The translations under genes were made by a program, and so were the position numbers. DNA of 50,193 nucleotides from a virus. Lineage: Duplodnaviria; Caudoviricetes. The notes under the pieces were generated by a model. That model was not told the origin of the DNA. It worked only from the letters and a program-made list of their open reading frames with translations, and searched no databases. Below are positions 8,348 to 17,021 of the stretch, one piece after another. The stretch is from the IMG/VR virus record IMGVR_UViG_3300037439_000206, positions 1-50,193 of that record; one strand, given 5' to 3'. Within the stretch, counting starts at the first letter, position 1; each line of letters opens with the position of its first letter.

Positions 8348-9931
8348 TTAGCGTCCCGCACCCGGCTGCTTGCCGTCGAGCGCCCAACGGAGCGCACCGG
8401 TGGCCGCGTCCACAAGATCGTCATTCACCTTCGGTGACGGGAACATCACCATCTCCCGCTCCAGCTCGGTGTGCTCGATCGCGTGGAACACCCGGCCGGT
8501 CTCGTACCACTGCAACGCCTGCTCGCACCGGTCGCGCTTGCTGTCGCTGGACCAGTCGGTCTCCAGCCGGACGTGCCGGGGCAGTGGGTCGTGGCGCGGA
8601 CTGAGCATCTCCCGCCAGCGCTCGCCGCCCTGGTTGCGCTCCACGATGATCGTGCGCAGCGTCGGCTTACGCTCCAGCATCCGATGGATCCGCTGCCGCA
8701 GCGTCTCGGCCGTGATCCGGAACGCCTGGGCGTACTCGATGACCGCGTGCCGTCGGGCCGGGTCCCGCCCGACCACCACGATCGCCGTGCCGTCCGCGCC
8801 GGACTTGTCCGACATCGACGGGTCGATGTACATCGCGTGCTCCCAGACCCCGCCGAAGCTGGCCGAGGTGCGCCGCTGGAACAGCTCCGGGCGCCAGAAC
8901 GAACCGGCCTCGGTCCCGAACGGGCTCGGGTCCAACAGGTAGTTGAGCTGGAACTCGCGCGGCGTCTGCCCGTCGTGGGTCAGGCGCAACTCCTTACCGA
9001 AGTGCGTCTCGGTCAGCGGCCAGCGCTCCGGCCAGATCGAGCGCTCCGCGCCGGTGTCCGGGTCCACCTGCACGCCCGGGAACACTCGGGCGGTGATCCC
9101 GGCGTTCTCCACCCACTCCATCCGCTCCCGGCTGCGGGCGTGCTGGGCCAGGTCGTGGATGACCGAGCCGTAGGACGTGGTGGTGCCCAGGATGATGGCC
9201 GCGGAGTTGTCCGACCCCATCGGCAGCGCCGCCCGGGTGATGGTCGCGATCCGGCTGCGCTTCTCGACCTCGCTCATGGTGTCCTCGAGCGGCTCGATGT
9301 CGTCGAACACCAGCAGGTCCGGCCGGTCCGCCCCGGACTTGCGACCGAGCGTGTTCTCGCCCAGCCCGGACGCGGCGATGGTGCCGCCGTTCGCCACCAC
9401 GGTCGCCTTGGTGTTCGACCCGCCCCGCCCACGGCGCGGGGTCAGTTCCGGGTAGTCCTGGCGCAGGAGCTTGTTGTCGTCGAGCTCCATCCGCAGGTTC
9501 GCGAGCTGGCCCTGGGCCATCACGGACGTGTCGCTGAAGGCCATGAAGTAATGCCGGTGCCCGTGGGCCAGAGCCCACAGCGGCAGGATCAGGAACGCCC
9601 ACGAGGTCTTGCCGATCCCCCGCGGCGCGATCCAGGCCTCCCGCCAGCGCTTCGGCTGTTGCCACTGCTTCGCGGCCCGACACAGCCCGAGGTGCAGTTC
9701 GTTGAACGTCATCACCGGCGGGGTCGAACCCTGGAGTACGAGGTGGTGCGGGAAGTAGACGAGCGCGAACCGCAGCGGTGACTCCCTGGTCCAGTCCCGG
9801 CGGAACTTGGCCGAGGTCGCGATCGAGGGCGTGCGCAGCGGCGCGGTCTCGTTCTCGAACCAGCGGAACCACGGACCGGCCGGCGGCCGAACGACCGGCT
9901 TGGCCGGCGGCGGGACCAGGGACAGGGTCAT
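8348..9931 (-). CDS. terL: Second terminase large subunit (TerL-2), 527 aa
   Basis: Walker A APRGIGKT, Walker B RPDLLVFDDIE, GTT coupling motif, RNase H-like nuclease residues YIDPS, DGTAIVVVG and DDLVDA; ATGA-coupled start at 9931. Confidence 0.9.
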   Translation of the reverse strand: MTLSLVPPPAKPVVRPPAGPWFRWFENETAPLRTPSIATSAKFRRDWTRESPLRFALVYFPHHLVLQGSTPPVMTFNELHLGLCRAAKQWQQPKRWREAWIAPRGIGKTSWAFLILPLWALAHGHRHYFMAFSDTSVMAQGQLANLRMELDDNKLLRQDYPELTPRRGRGGSNTKATVVANGGTIAASGLGENTLGRKSGADRPDLLVFDDIEPLEDTMSEVEKRSRIATITRAALPMGSDNSAAIILGTTTSYGSVIHDLAQHARSRERMEWVENAGITARVFPGVQVDPDTGAERSIWPERWPLTETHFGKELRLTHDGQTPREFQLNYLLDPSPFGTEAGSFWRPELFQRRTSASFGGVWEHAMYIDPSMSDKSGADGTAIVVVGRDPARRHAVIEYAQAFRITAETLRQRIHRMLERKPTLRTIIVERNQGGERWREMLSPRHDPLPRHVRLETDWSSDSKRDRCEQALQWYETGRVFHAIEHTELEREMVMFPSPKVNDDLVDAATGALRWALDGKQPGAGR

Positions 9932-10137
9932 CGCCGTGGCTCCAGGAAGTCCAGCGTCCAGGACAGCGCCCGCTTGAGCGCGACCCGCACCGTCCGCCAC
10001 GCCTCCGACGGGCGGTCCTCGGGCATCGGCACGTCGCGCCGCGCCAGGGCCGCGCCGATGAACGGAGCGACCAGCACCCCGATCCCGGCCGCGGTCATGA
10101 CCACGAACGCGATCCAGCCCCACCACGGCAGACTCAT
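9928..10137 (-). CDS. Small membrane protein
   Basis: GGAGG RBS, TM helix, ATGA overlaps at both ends. Confidence 0.65.
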   Translation of the reverse strand: MSLPWWGWIAFVVMTAAGIGVLVAPFIGAALARRDVPMPEDRPSEAWRTVRVALKRALSWTLDFLEPRR

Positions 10138-10258
10138 CGCCAACCGCCCTTCGGTGTCCAGATCCAGGTGCGCCAGCACGTCGGGCAGGTCCACTTGAGC
10201 ATGTCCGCGTGCGGATGGGTGAACCCGCCCGCGGGCGGGGTGCATGCGTGCTTGCCCA

Positions 10259-10609
10259 TCACTGCACCGGCCCGGGCATCGGGTGGCGCCACGGCCAGTG
10301 CGGGCCCGGCCGGAAGCCCCGGCCCCGGCACGGCGGGCACGGCTTGCGGACCCGGCCACCGGGCAGCGCCTGCGCGCCCTCGTCGTAGGTGGCGAGCTGT
10401 GCCTCGTCCCCGGTCAGCTCGACGAGTCCGGTCGCGCCGCACTCCTCGCACGGCTCGGTCGGGGCCAGCTCGCAGTGCAGCGATCCGGTGGACTCGCCCA
10501 TCCACTGGTCACCGACCAGGGACACCGACTCGTGGTTGGAGTAGCGGCACTTGCCGCGCACGCCGAACAGCGAGCCGGTGCGCCAGATGCCGGCCAGGGT
10601 GCGGCCCAT
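10259..10609 (-). CDS. Zinc-ribbon protein with DnaJ-type CxxCxGxG repeats
   Basis: CEECGATG and CPPCRGRG motifs. Confidence 0.65.
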   Translation of the reverse strand: MGRTLAGIWRTGSLFGVRGKCRYSNHESVSLVGDQWMGESTGSLHCELAPTEPCEECGATGLVELTGDEAQLATYDEGAQALPGGRVRKPCPPCRGRGFRPGPHWPWRHPMPGPVQ

Positions 10610-10610
10610 G

Positions 10611-10916
10611 TCAGCTGCGCCCCATCTGCCGGTCACCACGGGCGGCGGCCTGGGTCAGGCCGTAGGTCAGGGTCCAGCTGGCCCAGAGCAGGAGCGAGGT
10701 GCCGGCCCCGCCGAGCAGCCAGAGCCAGTTCCCGCCACTGGCCCAGAGGCCGGACAGGCCGCCGGCGAGCAGCATCGGGACCAGGGATGGGCCGGTCTTC
10801 ACCGGCAGGGCCTGCGTCCTGTCGGTCGGGTACGTTCCCGGCGGGTAGTGGCGGTACTCGCCGACCCAGTCTCCGCGGCCTCGGGGGGCCGGGTTGATGT
10901 CATCCGTCGAGTCCAT
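10611..10916 (-). CDS. Small 2-TM membrane protein
   Basis: Two hydrophobic segments; operon position. Confidence 0.6.
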   Translation of the reverse strand: MDSTDDINPAPRGRGDWVGEYRHYPPGTYPTDRTQALPVKTGPSLVPMLLAGGLSGLWASGGNWLWLLGGAGTSLLLWASWTLTYGLTQAAARGDRQMGRS

Positions 10917-11460
10917 CGGTCTTCTCCATGTCCTTGGTCTTCTCTGCGTGCTTGTCCACGGCCTTGCGCAGCTCGTGCAGCACGGCCATGTTCGGGCCGA
11001 TCGGGTCGCCGTTCGCGTCCTCGACCTGGAGCCGGGTCGGCATCGACGCGCCGGTCACCTTCACCCAGAGCGTCTCCAGGGACACGTAGCGGGCCATCGC
11101 CTTGTCCAGGGCGCTGTGCCCCTTCTCGAAGTCCAGCTCGCCGGTGGACGCGCCCACGGCCAGCTCGGTGATGGTCGCCAGCTGGCGCTCCAGGGCCGCA
11201 TCCAACCGGCCGATGGACGTGGCCCGGCTCTGGGCCGGGCCGACGAAGTCCAGGAACCGGGCCCGGTCCTGCGCCTCGCTGATGAGCTCGGCCACCGTGG
11301 TGTGGCTGACCGGGTCGCCACGGTCGGTGAACATCTTCGCGATCGTGCGCAGGGACCGGCCCTGGTCCTTCAGGTTCCAGGCCTCGTCACCGAGCTTCGC
11401 CCGGCTCTCCGCGTCCGCGCTGAAGCGGCCGCGAGGCGGTCCGTCTTCGCTGACAGTCAC
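10900..11460 (-). CDS. terS: Second terminase small subunit-like HTH protein (TerS-2)
   Basis: AWNLKDQGRSLRTIA HTH, RLDAAL, and KVTGASMPTRLQV...GDPI. Same architecture as 30354..30791; lies upstream of TerL-2. Confidence 0.7.
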   Translation of the reverse strand: MTVSEDGPPRGRFSADAESRAKLGDEAWNLKDQGRSLRTIAKMFTDRGDPVSHTTVAELISEAQDRARFLDFVGPAQSRATSIGRLDAALERQLATITELAVGASTGELDFEKGHSALDKAMARYVSLETLWVKVTGASMPTRLQVEDANGDPIGPNMAVLHELRKAVDKHAEKTKDMEKTDGLDG

Positions 11461-11893
11461 GGATCAAGGTCCCTTCTTACGGTAAGTTGACATTGCGTTC
11501 ATGATCGTTGCGCTCTGTGATCAGCGCAGGTAGAGCGCGGCGTGAATGGCGATCCCGTCCACGAACCAGCGCATCCGACCCCGTCGGTGGTGCCGGCCGC
11601 GGTAGACCAGCGCCCGCCAGCCGGTCAGCAGCGGCCGCAGCTCGCGGCGAACCTCGTCGCTCACAGCCTCGGCCCCCGATCCAGGTCGTCCAGCGCCCGG
11701 CCGAGCTCCGGCCACAGCCGACGGACCTGTACCCGGCGCTCGGCGGTGAAGGTGCCGTGCACCCGCCACTCACCCAGCACCCGGGCCGAGCAGGACAGCA
11801 GTTCGTTCAGGTCGCGCTCGCCCAGGTCGGCGATCGCGATCCGGGTCCGCAGCTCGCCCGCGCTCATCGCCCCGCGAAGGGGCTCGTAGCCGC

Positions 11894-12196
11894 TCACTGC
11901 GGGGGCTCCGTCGGGTCGCCGCTCATGTCCCAGTCCTGATCCCGGGCGCGCCCGTGTGTCTGCTGGTAACCGGCCTGGCTGCGAGCGGCCTTCGCGGCGT
12001 CCTCGTGTTGGACGTAGAACTTCACGGCCGGAACGCCGAACGCGATCGCGCCGAGCAGGAACCCGATCCAGGGCCCACTTGCGGTCAGCGAGGTGACCAG
12101 GGAGACGGTGCAGAAGAAGAACCCGACGTAGACCAGCCAACGCACCACCTGGCCTTCGGTGATCTCGATCGTGCGCTTGTCGTTGCCGTTGCTCAT
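11894..12196 (-). CDS. 2-TM membrane protein
   Basis: Two hydrophobic helices. Confidence 0.65.
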   Translation of the reverse strand: MSNGNDKRTIEITEGQVVRWLVYVGFFFCTVSLVTSLTASGPWIGFLLGAIAFGVPAVKFYVQHEDAAKAARSQAGYQQTHGRARDQDWDMSGDPTEPPQ

Positions 12197-12201
12197 CGCG
12201 C

Positions 12202-12441
12202 TCAGCCCGCCGGGTGCGGCTGGCCGTCGAGCCCGCGGTACTGCGCGGGCAGCACCTCGTCGGCCTTGATGTCGTGCAGCTCCAGGAGCTCCCGGGCGTG
12301 GCGGCGCATCGAGCGCTGCACGCTCGCGCCGATCGCGGTGCCGGCGTCCTGCGCGTTGGCGGCGTCCCAGATCGCGGACGCCAGCGTCTCGGCGGCGACG
12401 TCGCTCTTGGCGATGGTCAGATCCTGCGGTCGAATGGCCAT
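12202..12441 (-). CDS. Hypothetical protein
   Basis: GAGAGGAC RBS; GC-rich third codon positions. Confidence 0.7.
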   Translation of the reverse strand: MAIRPQDLTIAKSDVAAETLASAIWDAANAQDAGTAIGASVQRSMRRHARELLELHDIKADEVLPAQYRGLDGQPHPAG

Positions 12442-12750
12442 GTCGATGTCCTCTCGTGGTGTGCGCTACGCCGGGTCAGGCGTAGCAGGGCGGGATCTTG
12501 CAGTGGCGATCCGCGTAGCAGTGCGCGCAGACGCACCAGCACTTGATGAGTGCACTCGTACCCGGGTCCGCCCCGGGCGCAGTCCGTGGACGCGCCGTCG
12601 GTAGATCCGTTCGCAGATCACCAGCGGCACCACCGAGCACGCGGTCAGGAAGACCAGGACCGCCAGCGCGGTCACTTGTTCGGTCGGGGGTAGCGCGGGC
12701 AGCTCGGCCAATGGCCGGAGACCGCGTCACAGTCGGGGCAGTTCGCCACG

Positions 12751-13071
12751 TCATCTCTCCTCGGCTCGAAAGTGGTCGTCGTTCGCGGTGTCGGCGTCCA
12801 TGTCGACGTGCAGCCGGGCCAGGCCCTCGTGCTTCTCGGGCTTGCGGTTCTCCTGGACGGCGTCCCGGATCGCCTCCTCCAGTTCGCGCCGGGCCAGGTG
12901 CGGGGCCTGCAACAGTCGCACGATCTCGGCCGACAGCGCGCCGATCAGACCGATCGCGCCCGCGAACAATCCCCACACCGGGTTCTCGCCCTGGCTCGAG
13001 TAGACCGTGGCGAACAGCACCGACGGCACGATGACCGAGGCCGCGAGCGGGAGGATCCAGCGCCGGAGCAT
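12751..13071 (-). CDS. 2-TM membrane protein
   Basis: Two hydrophobic helices; TGATG coupling to the upstream gene. Confidence 0.7.
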   Translation of the reverse strand: MLRRWILPLAASVIVPSVLFATVYSSQGENPVWGLFAGAIGLIGALSAEIVRLLQAPHLARRELEEAIRDAVQENRKPEKHEGLARLHVDMDADTANDDHFRAEER

Positions 13072-13331
13072 CAGGACTCCAGCGTCTTGCGTCGCCAGTG
13101 CCGGGTGGCCGGGCCGCGCACGATCTCGTGCACCGAGCTGCGGTCCAGCCCGACCGCGGCGCAGATCGTGGACACGGACACGTGGTGCGTGTTGCGCAGC
13201 GTGTACATGGCCTTGTTGCGTTCCTGGCGCTTGGCCTCGGCCGCGACCTCGAGCTCTACGGCCTCGGTGGCGAGCCGCCCCGCCGCAGCGAGCCCCGCCG
13301 CGACCTCGTCGGTGTCTTCCATGGTGGTCAT
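13071..13331 (-). CDS. HTH DNA-binding protein
   Basis: SVSTICAAVGLDRSSVHEIV helix-turn-helix. Confidence 0.75.
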   Translation of the reverse strand: MTTMEDTDEVAAGLAAAGRLATEAVELEVAAEAKRQERNKAMYTLRNTHHVSVSTICAAVGLDRSSVHEIVRGPATRHWRRKTLES

Positions 13332-13630
13332 CGTAGCCTATTCCCTACAGTCGACAAAGGGTGGTCGGACCGGCGGGTCGTCCAGTCGATGCCGACCGTC
13401 CACATCCCGAGGTAGCCCCGGCGCCAGCCCTGGTCGACGGCCGAGGCCCGGTCCGGGGCATCGAACTTGGACCGGATCTTGCGCACCTCCCAGCGGATCG
13501 CGTCCTCGGTGGTGCGCAGCCGGACGGCCATCTGTGAGTCGGTCTGCCCCTTGGCCGCCAGTGACAGGATCTCGACCTGGCGCACGGTCAGGGCCTCGCC
13601 CAGGGGCGCCGGCCGTCTCGGGGTGCTCAC
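13328..13630 (-). CDS. Stand-alone LuxR/GerE-type HTH regulator
   Basis: LTVRQVEILSLAAKGQTDSQMAVRL...IRSKF...RASAV...GYL; GTG start at 13630. Confidence 0.8.
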   Translation of the reverse strand: MSTPRRPAPLGEALTVRQVEILSLAAKGQTDSQMAVRLRTTEDAIRWEVRKIRSKFDAPDRASAVDQGWRRGYLGMWTVGIDWTTRRSDHPLSTVGNRLR

Positions 13631-13929
13631 GGCGTCTCCCCGAGCAGGGCCCGCCCGATGGCCTCGACCTCGTCCGAGGGCAGGCATCGAAGCTCGACAC
13701 CGACTTGCGCCAACCGGGTCCCGACGTACAGGTCGACGGCCACGTCCGCGGCCTTGCGGAACCGGTCCGGCCAGTCGATCGGGGCGGGGTCGCTGCTCTT
13801 TCGGCCGCAACCCTGCTCCAGGCAGTAGGCGACATCCGCGCCCCACTCGACTCGGCCGCGCCGGTGCTGGCTGCATGTCCAGAAGCGGACGCGGGCACTG
13901 GCCAGCGCCTCAGGCAGCTCCTCGCTCAT
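13627..13929 (-). CDS. Array micro-gene, hypothetical (Cys/His)
   Basis: Starts at the repeat's ATG with its GGAGG RBS. Confidence 0.7.
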   Translation of the reverse strand: MSEELPEALASARVRFWTCSQHRRGRVEWGADVAYCLEQGCGRKSSDPAPIDWPDRFRKAADVAVDLYVGTRLAQVGVELRCLPSDEVEAIGRALLGETP

Positions 13930-14150
13930 CGGTCCTGCCCTCCGGCCTCGACGGGAACGAGCCGCCACGACGCGACGAACGTCCCGGCAGTGCCCGGCTT
14001 CCGGCCCGGGTCCTCGTCGGCCTGGAACGTGACCGTGATCAGGTCGCCGGTGACCTGCCAGCCGAACCAGCCGTCGAGGGCGTCGTTGTAGTCGCTGGCC
14101 GCGTCCTCGCCGTGCTCGGAGAGGTTGCGCAGCATCTGCTCTGGGGTCAT
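13926..14150 (-). CDS. Array micro-gene, 74 aa, ends GGQDR
   Basis: Bounded by junction repeats. Confidence 0.7.
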   Translation of the reverse strand: MTPEQMLRNLSEHGEDAASDYNDALDGWFGWQVTGDLITVTFQADEDPGRKPGTAGTFVASWRLVPVEAGGQDR

Positions 14151-14386
14151 CGGTCCTGTCCTCCGTCCAACCCGAGCTGCGCCATCGCCGTCCGGACTGC
14201 CAGGTGCGATGCCTCCGCCCACGCAATGCCGGCACGCGTGCGGCCGTCGTGCGGGTTTGCGTCGCGCGTGATGCCGTACGTGTCGTACAGGCAGTCGGCG
14301 AGGTCCTGGCGCTGCTCGGGGGTGAGGTTCCCGAGCAGGACCCGGGTCCGGACGACATGCTGGTCTGCAAGCGTCTCGTCGCTCAT
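14147..14386 (-). CDS. Array micro-gene, 79 aa, ends DGGQDR
   Basis: Bounded by junction repeats. Confidence 0.7.
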   Translation of the reverse strand: MSDETLADQHVVRTRVLLGNLTPEQRQDLADCLYDTYGITRDANPHDGRTRAGIAWAEASHLAVRTAMAQLGLDGGQDR

Positions 14387-14529
14387 CGGTCCTGCCCTCC
14401 GTCCTCGTCGAGCGTGTCTTCTGCGGCGTCCAGCTCCCGGCGGAGCGCGGCCACCTGCGCGCGCTGCTCGGCGCGGGCGTCGGCCTCCTCCTCGGCGGTC
14501 ATGGTCCTGATCTCCCACTGCTTAGCCAC
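14383..14529 (-). CDS. Array micro-gene, 48-aa coiled coil, ends DGGQDR
   Basis: Translated by hand; bounded by repeats. Confidence 0.65.
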   Translation of the reverse strand: MAKQWEIRTMTAEEEADARAEQRAQVAALRRELDAAEDTLDEDGGQDR

Positions 14530-14647
14530 GGTCCTGTCCTCCGTCCTCGTCGTCCTGGTCAGGCCCCGGGCACATGTGATTGGCGCGGGAGTCGGTCATG
14601 CACTCGCACACCGGGCAGAGCACGTAGTCCTCATGGAGCCAGCTCAT
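14522..14647 (-). CDS. Array micro-gene, 41 aa (CPVC...HMC), ends DGGQDRG
   Basis: Translated by hand; bounded by repeats. Confidence 0.65.
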   Translation of the reverse strand: MSWLHEDYVLCPVCECMTDSRANHMCPGPDQDDEDGGQDRG

Positions 14648-14796
14648 CGGTCCTGCCCCTCGTCCTGCCCCTCGCCCTGCCCGAGCAGTGCCCGCCGGAC
14701 GTCGTCGGTCGTGAGCGTCGCCCCGCCAGGTGTGCCGTGCTCCATGTCGCGCACCTCCAGATCGTCGAGGAGGTTGGCCACGTCCAGGTCGTTCAT
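14644..14796 (-). CDS. Array micro-gene, 50 aa, ends EGQDEGQDR
   Basis: Translated by hand; bounded by repeats. Confidence 0.65.
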   Translation of the reverse strand: MNDLDVANLLDDLEVRDMEHGTPGGATLTTDDVRRALLGQGEGQDEGQDR

Positions 14797-15125
14797 CGGT
14801 CCTGTCCTCCGTCCTCGTCCTCGTGCGCGCGGGCCAGCGCAGCGAGCGTGTTCGCCAACGCCGGGTAGCCGCTCCTTCGAAGGCGTTCCGCCTGGTTCGG
14901 GTGGAGCTGGAACACCTGCACGACGGCCTCGGCCACCTCGTCCCGTGCGCGCAGCTCGGCCAGTTCGGCGGCCATCTCGTCCATGGCGTCGGCGGCCATC
15001 AAGTAGCCGTGCCGGACCCCGGCCAGGAACGAGTCGTGCGGGTTGCCATCCAGCTTCGCGGCAGACGCCCGAAAGTTGGCCGGGTACTTTGCCACGTCGG
15101 CCGGGGCGGACTGGTCGGCGGTCAT
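14793..15125 (-). CDS. Array gene, 110 aa, ends DGGQDR
   Basis: TGATG-coupled start; ends in a repeat. Confidence 0.7.
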   Translation of the reverse strand: MTADQSAPADVAKYPANFRASAAKLDGNPHDSFLAGVRHGYLMAADAMDEMAAELAELRARDEVAEAVVQVFQLHPNQAERLRRSGYPALANTLAALARAHEDEDGGQDR

Positions 15126-15250
15126 CAGTCGCATTCCTCGTGTCGCAGGATGGCGGGGTCGTCAGTGACGAGCTGCTCGCCGCAGGTGTCGCAGTCCTTC
15201 ACGTGCTCGTCGACCCACTGGCCAGGCCGCCGGGCGGTGTGCTCGCTCAT
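15125..15250 (-). CDS. Array micro-gene, 41 aa (CDTC...HEEC)
   Basis: Starts at the repeat's ATG. Confidence 0.6.
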   Translation of the reverse strand: MSEHTARRPGQWVDEHVKDCDTCGEQLVTDDPAILRHEECD

Positions 15251-15316
15251 CGGTCTCGCCCTCCGGTCGAGGCCGGCGGCTCGTTCACGTTCATGTTCAT
15301 GTCTCTCGTCCTCTCG

Positions 15317-15499
15317 TCAGCAGTTCGGGCACGGGCACACGCCGCCCCGGGCAGTCCGGCCGCAGGCGTTGCCCTTGTTCCAGCCGCACATCTGACCGCA
15401 CGCACGCGGAGCGTCCTGTGGCCGGGCGGAGATCTGGGCGGCGATCCGGCGGTTGCACGAGCAGCGTCCACGCCGGCCGCAGATCTGGCACTTGCTCAT
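15317..15499 (-). CDS. Cys-rich small protein (10 Cys in 60 aa)
   Basis: GAGAGGAC RBS; CQIC, CSC, CGQMC and CPCPNC motifs. Confidence 0.7.
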   Translation of the reverse strand: MSKCQICGRRGRCSCNRRIAAQISARPQDAPRACGQMCGWNKGNACGRTARGGVCPCPNC

Positions 15500-15845
15500 C
15501 TCGATGTCCTCTCGCCCTCGGTCAACGGCACCGGTCGGCCCGCTCCCGTTCCTCGTCCTCGGACAGCGAGCCGGAGTCCGGGTCCGCCTCCTCGACCGCG
15601 ATCCGGTGCAGCCGGGCCCGCAGGGCGTCGATCTCGCGCAGCGGCGCGGCGTCGAAGAAGCCCTGCGCGGGGTCGATCTCGCGCATCAGGACTCCAAGTA
15701 GGCATCGGCCGCCGTGCGAGCGTCCTCGATCGTGGCCGCCTCGTCGGCGATCCACTCAAGAACACGGTGTGCGTCGGGCTTGCGTGCCATCTCGGTCACG
15801 ATCTCGTCGAGCGTCATATCCTCGTCCTCTCGCTCTGTTAAGTCC

Positions 15846-15874
15846 AGTGTAGGGCACGACCGACATCAGGTCAA
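15846..15874 (-). promoter_or_regulatory. Sigma70-type promoter TTGACC-N17-TACACT driving the micro-gene array
   Basis: Consensus-like boxes with 17-nt spacing, just downstream of a hairpin. Confidence 0.8.
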
Positions 15875-15880
15875 GAGAGA

Positions 15881-15905
15881 GGCCCCGCCCGGTTCGGGCG
15901 GGGCC
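15881..15905 (-). terminator. Intrinsic terminator hairpin
   Basis: GGCCCCGCCCG/CGGGCGGGGCC stem followed by TCTCTCTT on the minus strand. Confidence 0.75.
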
Positions 15906-15911
15906 GGCCGA

Positions 15912-16208
15912 TCAGCGGCGCGAGGCCTCGGACCTCCAGAAGCGGACTGAGTCCCGGTCCTTCTCGGCGGCCCGCGCCGTGGCCGTAGCGACGTCCTGGA
16001 GCATCCCGGACGGGATCGCGGTCAGGTCCATCGTGACGAACAGGTGAGCCCGGATCTCGAACAGGTCGGCCAGCGCGGACGCGCGCAACCGGCGGGCACC
16101 GGGCTTGAGACCCCGGCCGTAGTCGTTGGCCTCGATCACCTGGGAGATCCGGGCACTGACGCCCGGGATCGTGTCCAGGTCGGCGAGCGTCTCGACCATC
16201 TCGTTCAT
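15912..16208 (-). CDS. Hypothetical protein in its own promoter-terminator unit
   Basis: GAGAGGAC RBS; flanked by a promoter and a terminator. Confidence 0.75.
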   Translation of the reverse strand: MNEMVETLADLDTIPGVSARISQVIEANDYGRGLKPGARRLRASALADLFEIRAHLFVTMDLTAIPSGMLQDVATATARAAEKDRDSVRFWRSEASRR

Positions 16209-16237
16209 GCCCTCGTCCTCTCGTTGCTGTCCCCTGT

Positions 16238-16266
16238 AGGTTACACCCGACAATGGGGCTACGCAA
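16238..16266 (-). promoter_or_regulatory. Promoter TTGCGT-N17-TAACCT, preceded by hairpin 16267-16297
   Basis: 17-nt spacing; hairpin GAGGGACCCCGG/CCGGGGTCCCTC abuts the -35 box. Confidence 0.7.
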
Positions 16267-16694
16267 GAGGGACCCCGGACTGCACCCGGGGTCCCTCGTC
16301 ACGAGCACGCACACGCTGGCCGGGATGACCTCGTCGTGCAGGTCCAGGCCGAGATACTCGATCACCACATGCTGCACGTCGTCGGGCTGCAGCATGCCGA
16401 GATCGAGCTCGAGATCCTGGGCGGTCATGTCCTCAGCCATCAGAGGTCCCCTCGCGCTGCGACCTCGTTCAGGGTCTCGGACATCTCCGCGACGGCTTCC
16501 TGAAGTCGGTCGAGCTCAGCTACGACCGTGTCCAAGGCATGTTGCGCGTCAGCGGGAACCGTCCCCGCCAGGATCGCTACCGCCGCCTGTACCTCGTCGA
16601 GCTCCTCAGCCACGGTGCACCTCCGTGTCCGCCGCCCACTCGGCACGGTACGAGTCTGGCTGCTCGGGGTCGTGTCGATGCCGCCGTTCCTCGG

Positions 16695-17021
16695 TCACGT
16701 CGTGTACCTCGACCGCTCGAGCGAGACCACGAGCGCGGCCAGGACCACGACCGTGACCGTGGCGCCGGTCAACTGCCAGGCCGCGATGCCGCCGAGCCAG
16801 GCCAGCCAGGCGCCGAGCGCCTGCTCGGCGGTCCGGTCGGCAGGGTTCACCCAGCCGAACGGCCGGGTGGTCTCGCTGATCGCCAGCGGGACGGCCGGTG
16901 GGGCGGCGACCACAGCGGGCACCGGCTCGACGGCCGGGGCCTCGTCTGCGTCGTCGCCCCCGCCGCCGAACGCGAGCACGAGCGCGACGCCGACCACGAC
17001 GACCAGCTCCCTGACCCTCAT
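16695..17021 (-). CDS. Membrane protein
   Basis: N-terminal and C-terminal hydrophobic segments. Confidence 0.6.
   Translation of the reverse strand: MRVRELVVVVGVALVLAFGGGGDDADEAPAVEPVPAVVAAPPAVPLAISETTRPFGWVNPADRTAEQALGAWLAWLGGIAAWQLTGATVTVVVLAALVVSLERSRYTT

Larger units (their letters stand above)
13926..15268 (-). repeat. Seven copies of a ~22-nt gene-junction repeat, consensus GGACGGAGGRCAGGACCGATGA
   Basis: Copies at 13926-13947, 14147-14168, 14383-14404, 14526-14546, 14644-14665, 14793-14814 and 15247-15268. Confidence 0.92.

Noticed and set aside
8104-13331. Complete integrated satellite (PICI-like)
   Set aside because: No integrase, primase, capsid or flanking direct att repeats are visible, and genes share the phage's RBS motif.
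13926-15268. CRISPR array
   Set aside because: Spacers are about 100-430 nt, irregular and protein-coding; repeats are not palindromic; no cas operon is present.
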